A DNA stretch of 64,000 nt from positions 5,472,001-5,536,000 of the forward strand of contig OY970067.1 in NCBI GenBank assembly GCA_963705305.1. Reading direction: 5' to 3'. Positions 31,277 to 42,643 of this stretch are shown here, in pieces. This DNA comes from an uncultured Methylomirabilota bacterium. GTDB taxonomy: Bacteria; Methylomirabilota; Methylomirabilia; Methylomirabilales; 2-02-FULL-66-22. Both the position numbers and the translations under genes were made by a program. Under the pieces are notes generated by a model that was not told the DNA's origin, did no database searches, and saw nothing but the letters and a program-made list of their open reading frames with translations. How positions within the stretch are numbered: position 1 is the first letter of the stretch; the number at the start of each line of letters is the position of its first letter.

Positions 31277-32296
31277 ATGACGATCATGACTCGGAGAATT
31301 CTCTGGACGGCAGTGCTGGCGCTCGCGGTTGTTCTCGGCGGCACCCCGGCGGTGCCGACCCCCGCTCTCGCGGCCGAGAAACCTCTGAAGAAGGTGATCT
31401 TCCTCACCAACTACGTCTTTCACGGGCGGCACTCCCCCTTCTTCGTAGGCCTGGACAAGGGATTTTACCGGGAAGCGGGCTTCGACATTCACATCGCCCC
31501 AGCCACGGGCAGCGGTTTCGTGGTCTCGGCCCTGGAGGGCGGGAAAGCCGACTACGGCATGGCGGAGTCCACCTCGGTGGTCCAGGCCGTCGCCAAGGGG
31601 GCCAAGGTCAAGGGATTTGAAGTCTTCATGGACATCACCACCAGCGGCCTGGCCTCCTTCAGCCCGTATCCGACGCCGGCGTCCCTCGCCGGTAAGACCA
31701 TCGCCGCTTCCCTGACCGATAGCGCCAGGGTTATCCTGCCGATCATCTTCCACCAGAAGGGCCTCGATCCCGACTCGGTGAAGTGGCTGGCGGCCGACCC
31801 GGGCGTCTATTTGCCGCTACTGCTGCAGGGGAAGGTAGACCTTTTCACCGCCTCCATCGACGGCGACGTGCCGGCTCTGATGAAGGTGGCCGCCCCACAG
31901 GGCAAGACGGTGTATTTCTCCTCCTTCGCCGACTGGGGCTATGACGTGTTCGGCTACTTCTTGGTGGCGCGGGCCGACCGGATCGCCCAGGACCCGGAGG
32001 AGGTGAAGGCCTTCGCCGCGGCGACCGCCAAGGCCGTCAAGTATTCCATCGAGCATCCCGAAGAGACGGCCCAGATCATGGTGCGTTACAACCCGACCCT
32101 GGATCTGGACACCACCCTGGCCCAGTGGAAGCAGTCCATCAAGGCCCTGAACACGGCCTATGTCCAGCAGCACGGCTACGGGGTGGCCACCAAGGATCGC
32201 CTGCAGCAGACGGTTGACCTCGTGCAGCAGGCCTTCAAGTTGAGCGGCACCCTGACGCCCGACGACATTTACGCCAGCGGACTCGTGAGCCGCTAA
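31277..32296 (+). CDS. ABC transporter substrate-binding protein, NMT1/THI5-like
   Basis: Signal peptide; GRHSPFFVGLDKGFYREAG, GSG; start may be 31286. Confidence 0.88.
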   Translation: MTIMTRRILWTAVLALAVVLGGTPAVPTPALAAEKPLKKVIFLTNYVFHGRHSPFFVGLDKGFYREAGFDIHIAPATGSGFVVSALEGGKADYGMAESTSVVQAVAKGAKVKGFEVFMDITTSGLASFSPYPTPASLAGKTIAASLTDSARVILPIIFHQKGLDPDSVKWLAADPGVYLPLLLQGKVDLFTASIDGDVPALMKVAAPQGKTVYFSSFADWGYDVFGYFLVARADRIAQDPEEVKAFAAATAKAVKYSIEHPEETAQIMVRYNPTLDLDTTLAQWKQSIKALNTAYVQQHGYGVATKDRLQQTVDLVQQAFKLSGTLTPDDIYASGLVSR

Positions 32297-32358
32297 GCGC
32301 GGCCGGATGGCGGGGGCGTCCCTCGACGGGGGCGCTCCCGCACGGCCGTCGCCCTGCT

Positions 32359-33135
32359 TCAGCGCTTGCGCTGAGACGGGCGCCAGGCTAAGAGCAGCCG
32401 CTCCAGCAGGGCCACCACGCCGATCACAACTGTCGTGAACAGGGTGATGGACATGAGGCAGGCGAAGACCAGGGGGGTGTCCAGGTTGAACTGGCCGGAC
32501 AGGATCAGGTAGCCCACGCCGCTATTCCCGCCGATGAACTCCCCCACGATGGAACCCACCAGGGCCAGCGGAAAGGCCACCTTCAAGGCGTCCGTGATGT
32601 AGGGGACGGCGTTTCGCAATCGGACCTTGGTGAAGATCCGGAATTCATTTCCCCCCGCCAGCCGGGCGAGATCCAGCATGTCCGGCTCGATCTCTCCCAG
32701 CCCAGTGATCGAGTTTACGAAGACCGGAAAGAGCGCCAGGAGGAACGCCAGCAGCACCTTGGGCTCCGCCCCCAGGCCGAACCAGATCACGAAGAGCGGC
32801 GCAATGGCAATCTTCGGGATGCTGTTGAACGCCGCCAGGGCGGGCAGGACGATCGACTTGACAAGGCGGATGTAGATGACGGCCAGCGCCAGCAGCACGC
32901 CGACCACGAGTGCCATGGCGAGCCCCAGGGTGGTGGTCGCCGCGGTCACACCCAGGTGATGCAGCTGGACGAAGAACGTTTGCCAGAACCTCCGCACGAT
33001 CACCGAGGGGACAGGGAGGATGTACTCCGGCATGTGAATCCAACCAGCGCCGAATTGCCAGACCCCGAGAATCACCGCAAAGCCGACGACCGCTTCCCCG
33101 GCCCGGCGGATCCGCTCCAGACGTTCCCGTCGCAT
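32359..33135 (-). CDS. ABC transporter permease (NitT/TauT family)
   Basis: YILPVPS, PKIAIAPLFVIWFG, LVGSIVGEF. Confidence 0.92.
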   Translation of the reverse strand: MRRERLERIRRAGEAVVGFAVILGVWQFGAGWIHMPEYILPVPSVIVRRFWQTFFVQLHHLGVTAATTTLGLAMALVVGVLLALAVIYIRLVKSIVLPALAAFNSIPKIAIAPLFVIWFGLGAEPKVLLAFLLALFPVFVNSITGLGEIEPDMLDLARLAGGNEFRIFTKVRLRNAVPYITDALKVAFPLALVGSIVGEFIGGNSGVGYLILSGQFNLDTPLVFACLMSITLFTTVVIGVVALLERLLLAWRPSQRKR

Positions 33136-33146
33136 CTCCGACCCCC

Positions 33147-33920
33147 CTATTCCACCCACTGCGCCTCGATGTTGTCGCGCACGGCCGCGGTCAGCTCCAC
33201 GAATCGCGCATCCCTGAGAGTCCGGGCATCCCTCGGCCGCGGGAGATCCACCGGGATTGTCGCTTTCACCCGCCCGGGCCGGGCGGTCATCACGATGACG
33301 GTATCCGACAGCAGCACGGCCTCCGTGATACTGTGGGTGACGAACAGGACGGTGTTCTTGCTGACGCTCCAGATCTTCTGGAGCTCGAACCCCATCTTCT
33401 CCCGAGTCAGGATGTCCAGCGCGCCGAAGGGCTCGTCCATGAGGAGAAGCGAAGGGTTGAGCAGCAAAGCCCGGCAGATCGCCACCCGCTGCTGCATCCC
33501 GCCCGAGAGCTCGTGGGGGTACCGCTGCTCGAAGCCCTCCAGGCCCGCCAGATTGATCAGATCGAGCGCCCGCTGGCGAAACCCGTTGGGTCGCTTGCCG
33601 CACATCTCGGCCGGGAAAAGGATATTGTCGAGGGTGTGTCGCCAGGGCAGAAGCACCGGGGTCTGGAAGACCATGCCGACATCACTGATGGGGCCCGTGA
33701 CCTGGGTGCCGCGCAACGACACTTTCCCCGCCGTGGGGCGCACGAGTCCGGAGATCATGCGCAGAGCGGTTGACTTGCCGCACCCGCTGGGGCCCACCAG
33801 GGCGACAAATTCATTGTCCCCCACCTCGAACGACAGCCCTTCCACCGCCACCGCCGTTTCGAAGCTCTTTGTCAAGCCGCGTACCGTCAAGATTGTCGTG
33901 GCTGGCGTCATGATTCCCAT
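33147..33920 (-). CDS. ABC transporter ATP-binding protein (NitT/TauT family)
   Basis: GPSGCGKST, LSGGMQQR, MDEPFGALD, VTHS. Confidence 0.95.
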   Translation of the reverse strand: MGIMTPATTILTVRGLTKSFETAVAVEGLSFEVGDNEFVALVGPSGCGKSTALRMISGLVRPTAGKVSLRGTQVTGPISDVGMVFQTPVLLPWRHTLDNILFPAEMCGKRPNGFRQRALDLINLAGLEGFEQRYPHELSGGMQQRVAICRALLLNPSLLLMDEPFGALDILTREKMGFELQKIWSVSKNTVLFVTHSITEAVLLSDTVIVMTARPGRVKATIPVDLPRPRDARTLRDARFVELTAAVRDNIEAQWVE

Positions 33921-34213
33921 CTCGATCTGTCAGGAGACCGGACGATAAACGGGCTACAGGGCGTTCGGGGACCTGCCGCGGGATCCTGGCGAGTCCGGAC
34001 CAACCAACAGGGTAGGAGGAGGAAATCGCCGCGACCCACCTCGGGGCGTGGCCGCCCTCCACGCGGGGCTCCTTTTTGTAGCGCGAAGAGACCGGCGGCG
34101 TCAAGGGAAAATGCCGGCTAGGACGCGTGCGGCGCCCTCTCACTCTCCCTGTCTCGCCGGATCCGTCGTGAGGAGATCTGCCCGGTCAGGCAGCGTCCTC
34201 GGCGACTTTGCCC

Positions 34214-34242
34214 TTGACACCTCCACGTATGCCGAATACCAT
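34214..34242 (+). promoter_or_regulatory. putative sigma70 promoter of the second ABC operon
   Basis: TTGACA-17 bp-TACCAT, about 220 bp upstream of ATG 34462. Confidence 0.6.
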
Positions 34243-34461
34243 CCGCCCGCCTCTATTTGCTTGTCTTTTCGACCCCCGGCGGGAGTGCGCCGGGGTGGAA
34301 GCCCGCAGCCCAGAGGCCCATGGGTGCATCGGGCAGCCGGGTCAGGCGGATCTCGAGGTCGGCTGGACACAGGTCTCGCGATGCTGCCCACGGCGGGGCG
34401 CGCATTCCTCGCGCCCGCGGTGAGAGTGCGCGACCAGAGGCCTTCACGAGGAGGGAGAGCC

Positions 34462-35433
34462 ATGCGCGTCAGGATGCACTGGATCGTGGGATTACTGGTG
34501 TTAGGAGTCTTCCTGGCCGGGTCGGCATCCGCGGCCGAGCCTATCAAGCTGGGGATGTCTACCTGGCTGGGCTATGCGCCGCTCTACCTGGCCAAAGAGA
34601 AGGGATTCTTCACAAAGCAGGGCATTGATGTCGAGATCGTGGTAATCGAGAGCCCGGCCGATCGGCGGGCGGCCTTTGCGGCCGACAAGATTCAGGGAAT
34701 GGCCACCACCGTGGACACCCACGTGATGACCGCGGCGGCCGAGAATCCCATCCCGCTCAAGCAGGTCCTGGCCATGGACGACTCCCACGGCGGAGACGGC
34801 ATGGTGGCCAAGAATGAGATCAAGACGCTCCAGGACCTGAAGGGGAAGACCGTGGCGGCCCAGCTCGGGGCCGGGGCGAGCTACTTCTGGCTCAATTACG
34901 TCCTGTCCCAGAACGGCATGAAGCTCTCCGACCTGAAGATGGTGGACATGAAGGCCGGGGACGCGGGGGCCGCCTTCGTGGCCGGCAAGGTCGATGCCGC
35001 CGTGACCTGGGAGCCCTGGCTCTCCCGCGCCAAGGCCACGACCTTCGGCCACGTGCTGCTCTCCAGCGACCAGACCCCCGGCATCATCGTGGACTCGCTG
35101 GCCTTCAAGCCCGCCTACCTGGCCAAGCACAAGGCCGAGGTGAAGAAGATCGTCGCCGGCTGGAACGAGGCGGTTGAGTTCGCCAACCAGCATCCCGCCG
35201 AGGCGGACGCGATCATGGCCAAGTTCGCCAACGAGAAGCCCGAGGAGTTCACCAAGGAGAAGACCGGGGTCCGCTTCTACGGGGAGAAGGAGAACAAGGA
35301 GTACTTCGGGACCCCCGCCAAGCCCGGCCTGCTCTACACGGTGACCCAGCGGGCGGCCGACCTCTGGTACGAACTGAAGCTGATCAAGACCAAGCCCAAA
35401 GCCGCCAGCCTGATCGACGGCTCGTTCCTCTAA
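34462..35433 (+). CDS. ABC transporter substrate-binding protein (NitT/TauT/SsuA-like)
   Basis: Signal peptide; WLGYAPLYLAKEKGFF, DDSHGGDG, DAAVTWEPWL. Confidence 0.92.
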   Translation: MRVRMHWIVGLLVLGVFLAGSASAAEPIKLGMSTWLGYAPLYLAKEKGFFTKQGIDVEIVVIESPADRRAAFAADKIQGMATTVDTHVMTAAAENPIPLKQVLAMDDSHGGDGMVAKNEIKTLQDLKGKTVAAQLGAGASYFWLNYVLSQNGMKLSDLKMVDMKAGDAGAAFVAGKVDAAVTWEPWLSRAKATTFGHVLLSSDQTPGIIVDSLAFKPAYLAKHKAEVKKIVAGWNEAVEFANQHPAEADAIMAKFANEKPEEFTKEKTGVRFYGEKENKEYFGTPAKPGLLYTVTQRAADLWYELKLIKTKPKAASLIDGSFL

Positions 35434-35446
35434 TCAACTCGCACTG

Positions 35447-35481
35447 CCAGGGGACGGACGGCGAGGTTGTCCGTCCCCTGG
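35447..35481 (+). terminator. intercistronic stem-loop after the SBP gene (mRNA stabiliser or partial terminator)
   Basis: CCAGGGGACGGACG-loop-TGTCCGTCCCCTGG. Confidence 0.55.
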
Positions 35482-35508
35482 TGTTCATTCCTCGCATCTC
35501 GGACAGCC

Positions 35509-36336
35509 ATGAGCCCCGCCCCCGAGCGCCAGCCCGAGCAGCCCTCCCGCCGGCTCGCCGATTTCTTGAGCCCTCGGGAATCTCTGCCGTCGGGCCTGTA
35601 TCTCCTGCTCAGCCTGGGCAGCTTCGCCCTCCTACTGGTGATCTGGTCCATACTCACCTATGGCGGCCTTGTGGATCCGCTGTTTCTGCCCTCCCCCGGA
35701 CGGGTCTTCGAGTCCGGCCGCGACCTGTTCTTCGACCTCGGGTTCACCTACGACATCCTGAACAGCACCTACCGGGTGTTCGTGGGCTTCCTGGCGGCCG
35801 CCATCCTGGGGGTCCCCCTGGGGTTGCTCATGGGGACGTTCAAGGCCGCAGAGGCCGTGACAGAGCCCATCATCGGCTTCATCCGCTACATGCCCGCCTC
35901 CGCGTTCATCCCCCTTTTCATCCTCTGGCTGGGCATCGGCGACGTCGAAAAGATCGCCATCATCTTCGTGGGGAGCTTCTTCCAGCTGGTCCTCATGGTG
36001 GCGGTGGTGGCCAAGAACGTCCAGTCGGACATGCTGGAGACCGCCTACACCCTGGGCGCCGGGCGGTTTCAGGTCATCCGCAAGGTGCTTTTGCCGGCCA
36101 GCCTGCCGGGGATTCTGGACACCCTGCGGATCATCATCGGGTGGGCCTGGACCTACATCATCGTGGCCGAGCTGGTGGCCTCGGCCTCGGGCATCGGCTA
36201 CATGATCATCAGCGCCCAGCGCATGCTCCGCACGGGCAGCATCATCTTCGGGATTTTGACCATCGGCGTGATGGGGCTGATCACGGACTATTTTTTCAAG
36301 TGGCCGTATCGCAGGCTGTTCCCCTGGGTGGAGTAG
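35509..36336 (+). CDS. ABC transporter permease (NitT/TauT family)
   Basis: FLPSP, RYMPASAFIPL, ETAYTLGA, WAWTYIIVAEL. Confidence 0.93.
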   Translation: MSPAPERQPEQPSRRLADFLSPRESLPSGLYLLLSLGSFALLLVIWSILTYGGLVDPLFLPSPGRVFESGRDLFFDLGFTYDILNSTYRVFVGFLAAAILGVPLGLLMGTFKAAEAVTEPIIGFIRYMPASAFIPLFILWLGIGDVEKIAIIFVGSFFQLVLMVAVVAKNVQSDMLETAYTLGAGRFQVIRKVLLPASLPGILDTLRIIIGWAWTYIIVAELVASASGIGYMIISAQRMLRTGSIIFGILTIGVMGLITDYFFKWPYRRLFPWVE

Positions 36337-36339
36337 GCG

Positions 36340-37122
36340 GTGGACGAGCCGGTCAAGCTGCACATCCAGCAGGTGTCCAAGACATACCGCGCGGACGGGC
36401 ACGAGACCCGGGCCATCGACGAGGTCAGCCTGGCCATCCGCAACAAGGAGTTCGCCACCATCCTGGGGCCCTCGGGGTGCGGCAAGTCCACCCTCCTCCG
36501 GATCGTGGCCGGCCTGGTCAGGCCCAGCCACGGCACCATTCGCCTGGACGGCCAGACGATCGAGAGGCCCGGCCGGGATCGCGGGATGGTGTTCCAGAGC
36601 TACACGCTGTTTCCCTGGCTCACGGTGCAGCAGAATATCCAGTTCGGGCTGGAACTCTCCGACGTGCCCCGGGCCGAGCAGGAGCGGATCGCCCTGGAGT
36701 TCGTCGAGAAGGTGGGGCTCAAGGGCTTCGAGCAGGCGTACCCCAAGCGGCTCTCCGGGGGGATGAAGCAGCGGGTGGCCATCGCCCGCGCCCTCGCCAA
36801 CAACCCCGCCATCCTGCTGCTGGACGAGCCGTTCGGGGCGCTGGACGCCCAGACCCGCTCGCTCATGCAAGAGCTCCTCACCCAGGTGTGGGAGGAGCTG
36901 CACAAGACCATCCTCTTCGTGACGCACGACGTGGAGGAGGCGATCTTCCTGTCCGATCGCGTCTTCGTCATGACCGCCAGGCCCGGCCGGATCAAGGCCG
37001 AGATCGCGATCCCCCTTCCCCGCCCCCGCAACTACGAGCTAAAGACCACCGAGACCTTCCTGCGCATGAAGAACCAGGCCCTCGCCCTCATTCGCGAAGA
37101 AGCCATCAAGGCCATCCAGTGA
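36340..37122 (+). CDS. ABC transporter ATP-binding protein (NitT/TauT family)
   Basis: GPSGCGKST, LSGGMKQR, LDEPFGALD, VTHD. Confidence 0.95.
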   Translation: MDEPVKLHIQQVSKTYRADGHETRAIDEVSLAIRNKEFATILGPSGCGKSTLLRIVAGLVRPSHGTIRLDGQTIERPGRDRGMVFQSYTLFPWLTVQQNIQFGLELSDVPRAEQERIALEFVEKVGLKGFEQAYPKRLSGGMKQRVAIARALANNPAILLLDEPFGALDAQTRSLMQELLTQVWEELHKTILFVTHDVEEAIFLSDRVFVMTARPGRIKAEIAIPLPRPRNYELKTTETFLRMKNQALALIREEAIKAIQ

Positions 37123-37372
37123 TCCCCGCCGGCCCCCTGAGGCTGGACTGCCGGCGGCGCCTCCTCCGCCGCCGCGGCCGAGCGGCATCCGCGCCCATCC
37201 GGCGATTTCAGTTGACGCGGTCCGGCATGATGGTACCATCCATTCGGCATCAGCGCCTCCCAGGCCTCCCCGGGCGCGGTGGGTGCTCGAGTGAATCCAT
37301 GCGAGCGTCGGAGCCGCCGCGCGGGTGTGAAGCCCCGAAAACGGCTTGACGAGTTCCGGGAGAGTTGATCCC

Positions 37373-39046
37373 ATGGACGCTCCCAGATCCGTCGTCTTCA
37401 GAATCGCAACCAAGCCCTCCGAATTCGAGCAGATCCACCGGCTGAACTACAAGACCTTCGTCCAAGAGATCCCCCAGCACACTCCCAATCCCGACGGACG
37501 GCTCGTGGACCCGTTCCACGATGAGAACACTTACTTCATCTGCCTGGACGGACCCCGCCTCGTCGGGATGATCGCCCTGCGGGGAAACCGCCCCTTCTCG
37601 CTGGACAGGAAGCTGGCCGACCTGGACAGCTATCTCCCTCCCGGCCGGTCCGTGTGCGAGATCCGCCTCCTGGCCGTGGAGCCAGCATACCGGAACGGGA
37701 TCGTCTTTCGCGGACTGGTGGATCTTTTGGCGCGGCACGGCCGCCAGCTCGGCTACGACCTTGCCGTCATCTCCGGAACCGTCCACCAGCAGAAGCTGTA
37801 TCGGCACCTCGGCTTCGTGCCCTTCGGACCCCTCGTGGGATCGGGGGAGGCTCGCTTCCAGCCCATGCAGCTGACGCTGGAGGCGTTCATGCAGCGCGCC
37901 GTGGCCTTCCGGGACTCCTCCCTGGACCGGCGGCCGCCCGACCGGGCGGCCAATTTCCTGCCCGGTCCCGTCAGCATCGCCCGTCCGGTGCGCCAGGCGC
38001 TCAACGCGCTGCCCGTTTCGCACCGCTCGGAGGAGTTCGCCCGCGACTTCCAGGAGACCCGCGCGGAGCTCAGCGCCCTGCTGGGCTGTCGCCGCGTGGA
38101 GATCCTGATGGGCTCCGGCACGGTCGCCAACGACGCCGTGGCGGCCCAGCTGTCCCTCCAGGCCAGCCGGGGAATCATCCTGGCCAACGGCGAGTTCGGC
38201 TACCGGCTGGCGGATCACGCCAATCGCTTCGGGCTTCGCTGCGACCTCGTGGAGGCCGGGTGGGGAGAGATCTTCGATCCCAGGCAGATCGAGTCGCTGC
38301 TGGCAAAAGGGGGGGCGGGGTGGCTGTGGGCGGTCCACTGCGAGACCTCCACGGGGATTCTCAACGACATCGCCCTGCTGCGGGAGGTCTGCAGGCGCCG
38401 CAGGGTCCACCTCTGCTTGGACTGCGTCAGCTCTATGGGAACGGTGCCGGTGGATTTGCGGGACATCTACCTCGCCTCGGGTGTGAGCGGCAAGGGTCTC
38501 GGAGCGTATCCGGGCCTGGCGCTGGTCTGCTACAACCACGCCATCGCCCCGTCCCCCCGGGCCCTGCCCAGGTACCTGGATCTCGGTCTGTACGCCGCCT
38601 GCGACGGGATCCCGTTCACCATCTCATCGAACCTGGTATCCGCCCTCCAGGCGGCCGTGCAGCGTGTTCGCTCTGCCCCGCCGTTCGAGGCATTGCGGCA
38701 GACGGCACTCTCGCTGCGCACCCGTCTCCGGGAGCTGGGCTTCTCCATCATTGGGCCGGACACCCACGCCTCGCCCGGGGTGGTCACGATCGCCCTGCCC
38801 CCCCATTTGCAGTCGGAGGAGATCGGCCGCGCCCTGCAGGACGCCGGATTCCTGCTGAGTTACCGCAGCAGCTACCTCCTCGCCCGCAACTGGATTCAGA
38901 TCGGCCTCATGGGCGAGTTCCCCAACGATCGACTGGCCCCGCTGCTCGCGTGCCTGATGGAGCTTTGCCCCCTCTCCTCCGCCTCGCAGCCCCCGTCGCG
39001 CGCGCCCCGCCCCTCTCTGCCCGCCCCGGCCAATCCACGCCCTTGA
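37373..39046 (+). CDS. GNAT-fold acyltransferase fused to class V PLP-dependent enzyme
   Basis: N-terminal CEIRLLAVEPAYR...QKLYRHLGFVPF; C-terminal FLPGPV, GSGTVAND, NGEFG, HCETSTG, DCVSS, SGKGLGAYPG. Confidence 0.88.
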   Translation: MDAPRSVVFRIATKPSEFEQIHRLNYKTFVQEIPQHTPNPDGRLVDPFHDENTYFICLDGPRLVGMIALRGNRPFSLDRKLADLDSYLPPGRSVCEIRLLAVEPAYRNGIVFRGLVDLLARHGRQLGYDLAVISGTVHQQKLYRHLGFVPFGPLVGSGEARFQPMQLTLEAFMQRAVAFRDSSLDRRPPDRAANFLPGPVSIARPVRQALNALPVSHRSEEFARDFQETRAELSALLGCRRVEILMGSGTVANDAVAAQLSLQASRGIILANGEFGYRLADHANRFGLRCDLVEAGWGEIFDPRQIESLLAKGGAGWLWAVHCETSTGILNDIALLREVCRRRRVHLCLDCVSSMGTVPVDLRDIYLASGVSGKGLGAYPGLALVCYNHAIAPSPRALPRYLDLGLYAACDGIPFTISSNLVSALQAAVQRVRSAPPFEALRQTALSLRTRLRELGFSIIGPDTHASPGVVTIALPPHLQSEEIGRALQDAGFLLSYRSSYLLARNWIQIGLMGEFPNDRLAPLLACLMELCPLSSASQPPSRAPRPSLPAPANPRP

Positions 39047-39064
39047 AAGCCGGGCGCCGGCCCC

Positions 39065-39265
39065 TCAGGCGGGGCCTGCCTCCTCCGGCGGCTTGACCCG
39101 CCGAAAGCCGGCAAGCAGTCCCAGGTCGTAGACGATCTTCAGGCCGCCGGCCAGGAAGCCGTAGCCGAACATCCGGGCCATGCGGGCCGCGAACAGCAGA
39201 CGGGCGTCCCGATCCAGGTCGCGCAGGGTGGGGGGAATGAGAAAGGGTCTGGAGAGCGGCGTCAC
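39065..39265 (-). pseudogene. MFS transporter remnant (N- and C-termini joined by internal deletion)
   Basis: 66 aa: DARLLFAARMARMFGYGFLA|GGLKIVYDLGLLAGFRRVKPPEE, resembling the first and last helices of an MFS family. Confidence 0.7.
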
Positions 39266-39282
39266 CGTGTCACCGCGTCTAA

Positions 39283-39473
39283 CAGGCTGCTGAAAAAGCC
39301 CCATCTGCGGAGACCCATCTTTCGGACGGGTGCCCCCCGTTCCCGCGGCGCTGCAGCGTACGGTCTAAGTACGCCTCCGACCCACCTGCGGTGGGTGCCC
39401 CGCGGATCACGTGGCGCCTTGCATCTGAGCCTTTTTGAGCAGCCTGACCCAACATGAGTTTTTCAGCATTCTG
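39283..39473 (+). mobile_element. MITE copy 1
   Basis: CAGGCTGCTGAAAAA ... TTTTTCAGCATTCTG ends, flanked by CTAA on both sides; internal third end CTTTTTGAGCAGCCTG. Confidence 0.8.
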
Positions 39474-39641
39474 CTAAGCGCGCCCGCGGACCTCGCCCCG
39501 CAAGTTCGGAATCCCGGCAGGCGTGTCGATGGCCATACCTCCGGGGACTGTGGCGCGCTGCGAGATGTATGGATCCGACCGCCCGAACGGGACGGCGGCC
39601 CGGCCGGAGCCGGCCGGGCCGCCGCCGGTTCACCCTTTCAG

Positions 39642-39820
39642 CGGGATGCTGAAATACCCACTTTCCCCGGGCTGGTCAAAAAGGTCCAGATGCAACGCGG
39701 CGCGCGATGGGCGGGGCACCCGCCGCAGGCGGGTCAAGGCGTACTTCTGGTACGCCGCAGCGAGTGCCCGAGCGGGCGGGGTACCCGTCCGAAGGATGGG
39801 TCCCAGCAGGTGGGCCTTCT

Positions 39821-39831
<11 letters not shown>
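39642..39831 (-). mobile_element. MITE copy 2
   Basis: Aligns to the other copies in reverse orientation; overlaps the acnA stop codon. Confidence 0.8.
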
Positions 39832-42526
<2,695 letters not shown>

Positions 42527-42643
42527 GGCTTCCCCCGCCTCCTCTGTGCGCCCTGTCCCGGACGCGACTTCACGATGGATGTGTCGCCGGCGCCCCGGTC
42601 CACTCCGGTCCACGGCGGCCCCGAGATCATAATCCAGCAGGCG

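Noticed and set aside
34385..34455. Guanidine-II (mini-ykkC) riboswitch from ACGG/ACGA loops
   Set aside because: Only one clean ACGA hairpin with a non-canonical closing pair; the two motifs are too far apart for the tandem-hairpin consensus.
37245..37372. glmS ribozyme or other known riboswitch in the GNAT-PLP leader
   Set aside because: AGCGCC and TTGACGAG words occur, but spacing and downstream elements do not fit the consensus as I recall it; a cmscan run would be needed.
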